A DNA stretch of 62,955 nucleotides, the filler included, from Atractiella rhizophila (lineage: Eukaryota): the NCBI GenBank assembly GCA_021432655.1. It is 6 parts of 6 records of this genome, joined end to end, with 100 filler letters (N's around TTAATTAATTAA, not from the genome) between each part and the next. Parts side by side here need not be neighbours in the genome. Positions count along the whole stretch, not along the records: positions 10,044 to 20,871 come from MU271950.1; positions 20,972 to 30,161 come from MU271951.1; 4 more parts are not named here. One strand, given 5' to 3'. Positions 12,478-22,103 of the stretch are shown piece by piece (position 1 is the stretch's first letter; each line of letters begins with the position of its first letter). The notes under the pieces are model-generated. The model did not search any database, was not told where the DNA came from, and saw only the letters and a program-made list of their open reading frames with translations. The translations under genes and the position numbers were made by a program.

Positions 12478-12980
12478 GACCCCTCTATACATGGTGTCGA
12501 TAACCTATCGACATGGGACGCATTCAACAAAATTGTACTCATGAGACCCCTCTATACCTGGTATCGATAACCTATCAACATGGGACACATTCAATAAAAT
12601 TGCGCGACTCAGACCCCTCTACACAAGGTGTCGATAACCTATCGACATGGGACACTTTCAACAAAATTGTACTCATGAGACCCGCTATACCTGGTATCGA
12701 TAACCTATCAACATGGGACACATTTAACAAAATTGTACTCATGAGACCTCTACACGAGGTGTCGATAACCTATCGACATGGGACAGATTCAACAAAATGG
12801 CACTCATGAGACCCCTCTACACCTGGTATCGATAACCTATCAACATGGGACACATTTAACAAAATTGTACTCATGAGACCTCTACACAAGCTGTCGATAA
12901 CCTATCAACATGGGCCAGTTTCAACAAAATGGCACTCCTCAGACGCCTCTCTACCTGATGTCGATAACCAATCAATCTGG
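12478..12980. repeat. Inner-TIR tandem array, 8 units of 65-67 bp with palindrome TGTCGATA-ACC-TATCGACA
   Basis: TCGATAACC at 12497, 12564, 12631, 12697, 12762, 12829, 12894 and 12961. About four inverted, more diverged units at ~11600-11860. Confidence 0.92.
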
Positions 12981-13646
12981 CGCAGTTTTGCCAAAATTGC
13001 ACTTATCGTAATAACGTATAGAGAACACCTTCCTAAACTGTTATAAATTAATTTTGCAACTTTGAATGTACTTTGTTTAATTGGAGATATATGCCAAATA
13101 TGAACCAGAGCTGTCCAATGAAGCGAGGATTGCAATGGATAAGTGTTTTAAGATGTGTCTTAGAGAGGACATTGCCTGTGCCTGCGAGTGTTTATATGTA
13201 CATGACATTTTGACTGGATTGTTATTCCTATCTATGGCAGGGTTGTACCCTGGTTGACTAAGAGCCAACATTTTCGTAATGATGCTGTTTTTATTGGGGC
13301 AGGGTCGCACCTTTGGTGCCTAGGAGGCAAGGATATAGCCAGGATCCTGTTCCTGGCAGAGGCAGGCTTAGAACCTGAGCGGCATGGAAGGGCAAGGATA
13401 TAACCAGGATCCTGTTTGTGACACAGGCAGGGTGGTACCCTAGGCAGCGAGGAGGCAAGGAAGTAGGCAGGATCCTGTTCCCGACAGCGTCAGAGTTGTA
13501 CCCTGGGTGCCTAAGAGGCAAGGATGTAGCCAGGATCTTGTTCCTCACAGAGGGAGGGTTGTACCCTAGGCAGCCAGGAGGCAAGGATTCAGCCTGGATC
13601 TCATTCCTGAAAGAGGCAGGGTTGAATCCTAAAGGACTGTTAGTAG

Positions 13647-14425
13647 ACCCATAATAGCTATTTCGCAACAGGGGGTAGGTCACAGCCAGTCGCTAACCCG
13701 AAGTGGTTATAACCAACCTGGAGAGCACTTCACAAGTTGTGGCCCATTGCTGATCCAAAATGTCAATTTGGTGACTGCAGTTGAACTTCACAGGTTGCAG
13801 CCTGTTGCTGATCTGAAATTGCTAATTTGCTACTGGAGGTGCACTTCGCAGGTTGCAGCCAGCAGGCCAACCGAAGTGACCATTTCGCGACTGGAGGGTT
13901 TACTGTCCCACGAGTGTGCTCTCTCGCGTTTGCAGTCTCGCGAGTTTGCAACCTAGCGTTTAGGTTCACCTCGCGAGTTTGCTGTCTCGTGAGTTTGTTG
14001 TCCTGCAAGTTTGCTCTCTCGCACATCTGCTTTCTTGCAAGCCTGCTCCCTCTCAACTACAGAGGCCCTTCGCAGGTTGCAACCCATTGCTGAACCAAAC
14101 TTGACCTTTCGTGACTAGAAGGCACTTCACATGCCAGCCAGTGACCTGAAGTGCCCACTTCGTGACTGGTAGCGAACTGGGCCCCCTCGCAATGAACCTC
14201 GCATGTTTGAGCGAGTTCGCTTCGGGGCTGATCCCACCTCGCGAACCATTTTGGCTGTCGCGTCCCAGCTGACGGGACTCAACGGTGTGTTCCGTCCCGT
14301 CAGGTTAGTTCCGTCAGTCAGAGCCTCGCAACTGGGCTGACGGGACTCACTGGCCCTGACCCTAACTCCGTTCCCCAGCCAACTTTGACTGACGGAATAG
14401 TTCCGTCGCGAAGGAATAGTAGTAG
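13647..14425 (-). mobile_element. Family B TIR element, copy 1 (truncated by element A)
   Basis: Ends GGAATAGTAGTAG at 14425. The reverse complement matches 18476-18706 and parts of 19546-20064. Confidence 0.85.
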
Positions 14426-15882
14426 GTGCGTTAGCAGCATCTGTGAACCGGTCGCACTGAGAAGTATATCTGGTTTGTAAAATAAACGTACGAATTGGTC
14501 CCAGGCAACATTCACTTTAGGGAAACTGGAAGGATTGGGACATAGGATCATTCAGGACAAGGAACACCGTTCGGCCTAGATGCGAGTCAGATCAAGTATG
14601 CTAATACAGAGCACAGAGACGACACCTACCTAACTCGAAAAGGGCCTAAAGAATGTCCAGGTTGAAGCTCTAATGTCCCTCTCTGCGTTGGCATCTTGGT
14701 TTGGCGAGTCACTTGATATGCATGGGCGGAATTCGCCGTCGTGTTCGTGCCGGCGTTGAGCAGCTTCACCATGTTTTCTCCTGCGGCTTTTCTTCCATTT
14801 CTGCAACTCCCCATCTACTATCTCGAAATGTGCCTGTTGAGCTTTCTAAGCGAAGGGTTAGCGGTAAACAACTGTTCATGGTGGTACAACTCAGGAGGAG
14901 GAAGGAACGATCTGAAGGAATACTCTTGTGAGCCGCTCTTTCTGTAACGGGATTGTGAGGGGTCGTTGAAAAGAGTTCTTCTATGCGATTTGTTCATGTA
15001 CCTCATTGTTGAGTTTTAAAAGCACAGTGGCTTGCAACTTTGAAATCCGAGGCCTGCAAATACATCTGTATCTGCTCGTCAATCCGCTGTGGCAGACCTA
15101 AAACTCTATTGATGACTTGCATTGCATGCTGCTACGGTGCTCACCATTGGGAATTTTAGAACACTCACTGCAGAACTTAGGCGTTCAAGTTCCATCTTGC
15201 TCCGTCAGGCAGAGCGAAACGAACTTAATAGTCAATATGTTTATCATCTCCACCTTCTGATAGTACAAAAGTGCCACCGGAATCACCAGCCAATTCCTTT
15301 CCCCACATCTTTGCTTCACGGGTCTGTTCACTAGTCCATTGTCCGAAGAAGAGAATAAGTTTGAACTTGGCAAAGAACCGAGGATCCGGCATCACCATTA
15401 GTACATTTTTGCTACTAAGGAACTTGACATTACAAGTTTACTTGTCTGTATAGTAGTCAGGTGGGATGAATCTATGAGTGTCGATGCAGAACAATCACAC
15501 CAAACTCGGTCCAGTCATGCTACGCTTCCCCAGTCCTTCTCATGAGTAGGTAATTGAGGCTAACCAGCCATTATTTCCAACTGTGTAATCATACGGTACA
15601 AACGAGTGGGTCAACCGTCCAGTCAACCAAAAGTCTACCGTGAGCACGAAAAAGGAGGTGGGACAAAATGGAGGACAACCGAGTCTCTGTCTGCTGCTTT
15701 CGAGGCCACCAAGTCCTCTGCATCGGCTTTTCAGATCACTTCTCGGCCCGCTCTGCAGCTTTGTTTTCAATCCACGGCAATGGTGCGGTCAGAAGCAGTC
15801 AAGTCGTCGCGTTCGCGTTCTTAGATGCTTGGATTATATTACTTCCAGAATCCGTATGTTCTGGTTTCCCCATACGAACGCT

Positions 15883-15893
15883 TATAAAAGGGC
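15883..15893 (+). promoter_or_regulatory. TATA box upstream of the cytochrome b561 gene
   Basis: TATAAAAGGGC followed by a pyrimidine-rich tract. The same 11-mer occurs on the minus strand at 33631-33641. Confidence 0.5.
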
Positions 15894-16118
15894 AATACAC
15901 CCTTCGTCTGTCCCCTTTTTTCCCCTTTTTCTCAGCCAAATCCAGCTGTCGGAAAGGCATACTGCCCTTACTTACCCTATCACTGAGACGAGCCGCTGAT
16001 CAGAACAGATTTCGAATGCAGGTGAGTGACAGTCACGTTTTTTCGGCGTGCGCCGTGAGGATGAGCGAGGTGGCCTAGGGGATGAAACTGATTTGCCATC
16101 CCTTGGTTGGGACACAGG

Positions 16119-17442
16119 ATGCAGCTCCTCTTTTTCCTCCTAGCACATCTACTCACCCAGGTTCTCGCTCAGTATCCAACACCAACACCCAGTGCGTTTT
16201 CCTTTCTGTCTCACACCCCTATTGCTAAGACCCTTCTTTTCTGGTCTTTGTTTCGTGAATTTTCTTACTGATCCAAATCTGCACATTGGGACACATTCAG
16301 CATCTGCACCAGTATCACCTTTACCATTTTGGACCGCCATCGATCACGTAGGATGGACACGATTTGAACGAAAGGTGTTGGGTCACGGTAAGTCTTTCAT
16401 TTCAATTCCATCTGATTCCTCCCTTCCAACTTTCTCTTACTGATTCGCTTTGTGACATAGCTATTCTCGGCGGCCTCACTTTCACCGTGTTCTCTCCCAC
16501 CGCTATCCTAATTGCACGTTGGTTTCGCGGCCGTCGCTGGTTCCCCTTCCACGCCTCCCTCCAGACTCTCACCTTGTGCACCACTCTCACTGGATTCATT
16601 CTCATCAATTTTGCCGTATACGAGAAGGTGCATTTTTACGAGACCTGGAACTATGGACCCCACCACCGGATGGGCATCTTCGTTTTTGGTTTCGTCATGA
16701 TCCAATTCTTCCTCGGTGGTGCCGCGTACATGTTCTTGAAGCCCATCACGGAAAGATATAGGAAGATCGTGAACTGGTGCCATATGGTACTTGGGATCAC
16801 CATCAGCATATTGGGATACATTCAAGGTTCTTTTTTCCCCTCCCTTCTTCGTCATTCATTGATCTAAACGATCCAGTCTACTTCGGCTTTCACCATTGGG
16901 AGAATCTCCCGAACCCACGCGAATCTAAGCACGTTCCCACCGCCGTCCGCGTCATCTACTGGCTTCTCGTCGCCACCGAGATCATTGTGTACTTCTTGGG
17001 AGTTTGGAGGGATAGGAGAAACTATTTTCAACTCCCTGTGCAAGAGGGAAACAGCAGAGGACACCTCAATCCGCCAAATTCGTCCGATAAGGAGAGCTTC
17101 GACGCCAAGAGACCAACGACTGCTACCCCGCTCAAGCAACCCAACCCTGACGCTGGCTCTCCATCAGCGTTCCCCTCCGTCACGGAACACGCCAGTAGCG
17201 CCCCTTATAGAGCGACGCGTTCAGATACTTCGAGTGTCCCGCGCTTCAACATGGTTCCAGAGCTTCAGAGTACAAGTCCGCGCCCTCCGACTGGAATGAG
17301 TGTCAACAATCCGCACTTCCCAGATACCTATAGCCAGTGGGATCATGCCCCTCAATCCTTCAGCTCGGTCGCTATTCCAGGGGCAAACTACGATCAAACG
17401 CAACCAGACACGTACAGCCTTTGGGCACATGGAGCAAGATAA
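16119..17442 (+). CDS. Cytochrome b561-domain membrane protein with signal peptide and disordered C-terminal tail (4 coding exons)
   Basis: MQLLFFLLAHLLTQVLAQ signal peptide. Four heme-type His in TM helices: VLGHAILGG, WFPFHASLQ, PHHRMG, NWCHMVLG. Introns ~16192-16300, ~16388-16460, ~16827-16877. Confidence 0.8.
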
Positions 17443-17766
17443 GGAGGAGAATAAACTTTGGGAACGAAGACGTTCGTTAGTTGACGTTAATGTTTACCTT
17501 GGTCATTGATGAAGGAGTCTAGCAAATTGCCTTGTGAAGTAGTGTACATGCTGTTTCTGCCCAAATTCCTCGAAACTGCCGATTCCTACGCAGCATCACT
17601 TGTTTCGTTTCAGGAGCTGGCACATCCGCTGCTCGGTACTCAATATCCATTTACTTGTATTTGTAAAATTCTGCAGAATCGCTTGAATCCGGGTCCGCTT
17701 TCTTTTGGGCTTTCAGGCACAGTAACTTTATAGTCAAGCTAGTGCTGATCAGTACAATTCGATGCA

Positions 17767-20549
17767 TAACACTACTTTAGGGTTCAACCCTGCCTCTTTC
17801 AGGAATGAGACCCAGGCTGAATCCTTGCCTCCTGGCTGCCCAGGGTACAACCCTACCTCTGTTAGGAACAAAGATCCTGGCTACATCCTTGCCTCTTAGG
17901 TACCCAGGGTATGACCCTGACGCTGTCGGGAACAGGATCCTGGCAATATCCTTGCCTCCTAGTCACCCAGGGTACGACCCTGCCTCCAATAAAAACAGCA
18001 TCATCACGAAACTGTTGGCTCTTAGTCAACCAAGGTAGAACCCTGCCACAGATAGGAATAACAATCCAGTCAAAATGTCATGTACACATAAACACTCGCA
18101 GGCACAGGCAATGTCCTCTCTAAGACACATCTTAAATCACTTATCGATTGAAGTCCTTGCTTCATTGGACAGCTCTGGCTCATATTTGGCAGATATCTCC
18201 AACTAAACAAAGCGCATTCAAGGTTGCAAAATTAATTTATAACGGTTTAGACATGTGTTCTCTATACATTATTAACGATTAGTGCAATTTTGTCGAAACT
18301 CCGCCAGATCGATAGGTTATTGATAAAAGTCAAAGAGGGGTTTAAGGAGAGCAATTTTATTGAAACTGGCTCATGTCAATAGGTTATCGACATCAGGTAG
18401 AGAGTGGTCTGAGGGGTATGATTTTGTTGAAAGTGGTCCATGTCGATAGGTTTTCGACACCAGGTATAGAGGGGTCTACTACTATTCCTTTGCAACGGAA
18501 CTGTTCCGTCGGTCAAATTGGCTGGGGAACGGAGTTAGGGTCAGGGCCAGGATGAGTCCTGTCAGCCCAGTCGCGAGGCTCTGACTGACAGAACTAACCT
18601 GACAGGACGGAGTGCACCATTGAGTCCCATCAGCACAGACGTGACAACCAAATTGTTTCACGAGGTTGGGATCAGTCCCGATGCGAACTCACTCAAACAT
18701 GCGAGGAAGCAGACACGCGAGACTGAGAACTCACAAGAGCAGCCAACTTGCGAGACTGCAAACTCGTGAGGCGCCAACAAACTCACGAGAAAGCAGACAT
18801 GTGAGACTGCAAACTCGTGAGAGAGCAAACTCATGAGACTGCAAACTTGTGAGATAGCCAACTCGTGAGACTGCAAACTCGCAAGATGGCCAACTTGCGA
18901 GACAGCGAACTTGATAGGATATTGCTGGAGCAGTCTTGATTCGCTCCAGCAGTCCTGGCTTCGCTGGAGTGAACTGCACCCCGCCTGAGCGAGCAGGAGT
19001 TCGTCCAAGCAAGCCAGGCTTTGCTTGAGCGAACTGACTTTGCCCAAGCAAGCCTGGCTTTGCAGGAGCGAAGTGCATTTCGCCTGAGCGAGTCTGGCTT
19101 CGCTGGAGTGAGCTGGGGTCAGCTGGAGTGAACTGCACTTCCCTGGAGCGAGCCAGACTTAGCTGAAGCGAACTGACTTCTTCCTAGCAAGTCTCACTTT
19201 GTTAGAGCGAAATGCACTTTGCCCAGACGAGCCAAGCCTAGCTGGAGCGAACTGACTTCTCCCCAGCGTGTCTGGCTTTGCTGAAGCAAACGGGAGTTAG
19301 CTGCAGCAGTCTCGCTTCGCTTCAGCAGTCCTGGCTTCACTGAAGCGAGCAGGAGGTTGCGTAACTGAGACTGCCTTCGTATCTGCACTCCCAGTTTTGT
19401 TGAAGCGAGCAGGAGATCACTACAGCAGCCTCACCTCGCTTCAGCAGTCCCAGGCTTGCCCAAGCGAACCTGATGTCCTTGAAGCAAGGACCACTTCGCA
19501 TCAGCAGTCCCTGGCTAACAGGAGCAAAGCAGGTCCTATGAAGCGGAGGTTGGGATCAGCCCCGACATGAACTCGCTCAAACATGCGAGGTTCATCGTAA
19601 GGGTGCCAAGTTCGCTAGGAGTCGCGAAGTGGGCACTTCAAGTCGTCCGCCAGGTGCGAGTGCACCTCCCGTCGCAAAATAACAATTTCAGATCAGGAAC
19701 AGGCTGCAACCTGCGAAGTTCAATTGCAGTAACGAAATGACCATTTCCAAAGTGCCCTCCAATCGCAAAATACCATTTCGAGTGAGTGGCTGGCTTTGAA
19801 CTACGAAGTGCACCCCCAATCGCGAAATAACCATTTCGGATCAGCAACTGGCTACAACCTGCAAAGTATGCCTCTAGTTGCAAAATAGCCAGTTGGCACT
19901 AGCAGTGGGCTGCAACTGACCTCCAGTCACGAAATAAGCACTTTGGATCAGCAACAGGCCACAACTTGCAAAATGCCCTCCAGGTGCGAAATTACCACTT
20001 CGGGTGTGCAGCTGATTGTGACCTGCAAAGTGTACCTTTGTTGTGAAATAACTATTATGCGTCTGCAACATGCAAAATTCACCCATTTCACAAAAGAATC
20101 ACTTTTGTGCAGGAACTAGCTATAACATGGCCATGACCCCAACTCTGTTCCACAGCCTAATTTGACTGATGGAACAGTTCCGTCATGAAGGAATAGTAGT
20201 AGAGGCGGGGTTGTACTTGGGCAACTAGAAGGTAAAGATTCAGCCAGGATCCTGTTCCTGACAGAGGTGGGGTTGTACCCTAGGCAGCAAGGAGGCAAGG
20301 GTGTCGGCAGGGTCCTGTTCCCAACAGCATCAGGGTCATACCCTGGGTGCCTAAGAGGCAAGGGTGTAGCCAGGATCTTGTTCCTGGCGGAGGCAGGGTT
20401 GTACCCTGGGCAGCCAGAAGGTAAAGATTCAGCCAGGATCCTGTTCCTGACACAGGCAGGGTTGTACCTTGGGCAGCCAGGAGGCAAGGATTCAGCCAGG
20501 GTCGTGTTCCTGGCAGAGGCAGGGTTGAACCCCAAAGCACTGTTAGTAG
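17767..20549. mobile_element. Family A element, copy 2 (internally deleted, interrupted by family B)
   Basis: Left arm 17767-18475 is colinear with copy 1's left TIR but has an eroded terminus. Right arm 20203-20549 consists of 63-bp units ending CTGTTAGTAG. Confidence 0.85.
18476..20202. mobile_element. Family B TIR element, copy 2 (both ends; about 75-bp TIRs, repeat-filled interior)
   Basis: CTACTACTATTCCT...ACGGAACTGTTCCGT...GGCCA at the left end and its inverted copy at ~20128-20202. Interior of short degenerate repeats (GAGACTGCAAACTCGTGA-like at 18710-18910; CAGTCCTGGCTTCGCTGGAG-like at 18925-19540). Confidence 0.88.
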
Positions 20550-20971
20550 CTTCCTCTCGATTGAGATCAGATGCACACACCTCAGCCAGATCCCAGCTTG
20601 GTATCTTCAGCATATGCCTTCTCCCACCATCCTGCCTTGTGCCGCTTGGAGTTCTATATCAATTGAGGAGATCCGTCACTTCCCTGGGATCGAAAGGGAC
20701 TATGAGGTTGTTCTTGGGACTACTGGGGGATGGAGACCATTTTCTTGCTTGAGGAGTGGACGAGAGAGAAGGGGCCGTGATGGATGGGTGAGAGCAACGA
20801 TCCCTTGGGGCCGGAAATGCAAACTCGGAAAGAGAAACAGTTGCAGCATTACCCTGCAGCTGCTGGACAGCNNNNNNNNNNNNNNNNNNNNNNNNNNNNN
20901 NNNNNNNNNNNNNNNTTAATTAATTAANNNNNNNNNNNNNNNNNNNNNNNNNNNNNNNNNNNNNNNNNNNN

Positions 20972-21933
20972 GCCCATCATCCGCAATATATCGCCAAGGA
21001 AGGATGAGGGAAGGAACTGACTTGAAATTTTGCACCCACTCCAAAAACTTCTTCATTCCTCCTCTTCTCAAACAGACCCATCAAAGGAGACTTGACGGCT
21101 TCCATCTCGGAAGCAGGGACCTTGGAGATCTTGCCATCGCGGAAGACGTAAGATCCAGCGATCTGCTTGAATTCCAGGTAGCGGGTCACGTCTGTGTGGA
21201 CGAGCATCTTGGTCAATTCTCCATTCGACATCATAAATTTCGGAATCAGGTCCACTGAGTAGTCGCGATCGCGTCCTAGCTCGGCTGGAGGAGCTGCTCC
21301 GTCGCGGAACTTGCGGAAGAGCTGAATGAAGAAAGAGTCAGTGCTGACCATTGATAAAGTAATCACGTTGAGGAGTTGCCGTCCATGGATCAGAGAGACT
21401 CAGTAGGCCGTTGTGGATAATGATTATACCATCATCCAATCCCATCCGCACAAGTGTGGAAAGTAAGGAGGGATTCAGTTGGGGTATCTCTTCACCGTAG
21501 TCGTAACTTGATCAATACCAGAGAGCTACTTGCATGGAGGTATTGCTGTCAAGCAAATATCACTGCTAATCGGAGCTCCATAAATCCACTTGATATCACC
21601 TCCTTGAAGCAATGGCCTCGAAAAAACGAAGCAAGACATGGGTTGATCCGATGAATATTTCCCAAGACTCCATACTGACCCGTTGCCTTGATATGGCGAT
21701 CGAATGAACATACCTGGCTGAGATTCAAACTGGCTGACTCTCCACCATAATAGTCGTTCCTGTCCATGTGCAGGACCTTCTTCCCCTCAACTGAAAGCAG
21801 GCCGGAGAGGATACATTCCGTGAGTCCCGTTCCGAGGACGATGTAATCGTCTGTTCCCATCCATCAAAGGACACATCTCTTCAGCTTCGTTCTAGAGGCA
21901 AAGAGTAGAACCAAGCGTACAGGTCTCATCCAT
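20972..21933 (-). CDS. GDI1: Rab GDP-dissociation inhibitor, 5' part (3' end lost at spacer)
   Basis: [48 protein letters not shown] / ...[21 protein letters not shown]...[14 protein letters not shown]...LMGLFEKRR. Introns 21851-21920 and ~21322-21713. One-base frameshift near 21057. Confidence 0.97.
21370..21672 (-). ncRNA. Candidate structured intronic RNA in GDI1 intron 2
   Basis: Intron of about 390 nt with nested complementary segments: GGATCA/TGATCC, AGGCCATTG/CAACGGCCT, GGAGGT/ACCTCC enclosing TCAAGTGGA/TTTGCTTGA, AATCCC/GGGATT, GGATGATG/CATTATCC. Family not recognised. Confidence 0.3.
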
Positions 21934-22103
21934 GGTGATTTATGAGGGAGCAAAGCGAGAGATGAGAACAGATGCAGTTCGATGCACTCGATCGTGGTTG
22001 TCCAAAGGCAGGCGAAGGTTCCGAACGTGTTGTTGCGACCATTCCGGATCCGGGACAAACGACAAAGTTGCAAAATCCCACTTCCCCAACTCACTCCTTC
22101 CCA

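Larger units (their letters stand above)
10871..13646. mobile_element. Foldback-type non-autonomous element, family A, copy 1 (2776 bp, about 800-bp modular TIRs)
   Basis: Starts CTACTAACAG and ends CTGTTAGTAG. 10871-~11700 is a near-identical inverted copy of ~12879-13646, with one extra 63-bp unit on the left. AT-rich core at ~11870-12470. No transposase. Confidence 0.9.

Noticed and set aside
12478..12980. CRISPR-like array of regularly spaced palindromic repeats
   Set aside because: The sequence between palindromes is itself repeated, so there are no unique spacers. There are no cas genes, the context is eukaryotic, and the array lies in a TIR.
10834..20752. Many 60-165 aa ORFs with repeated peptides (PGYNP, LYPRQ, SHEFAVS)
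   Set aside because: By-products of 63-bp and 18-bp repeat units, which are multiples of three. They are open on both strands with no domain signal.
21050..21065. GDI1 pseudogene or programmed frameshift (likewise 10580, 56932, 57350)
   Set aside because: All are single-base indels in short homopolymers in otherwise well-conserved frames; most likely sequencing errors.
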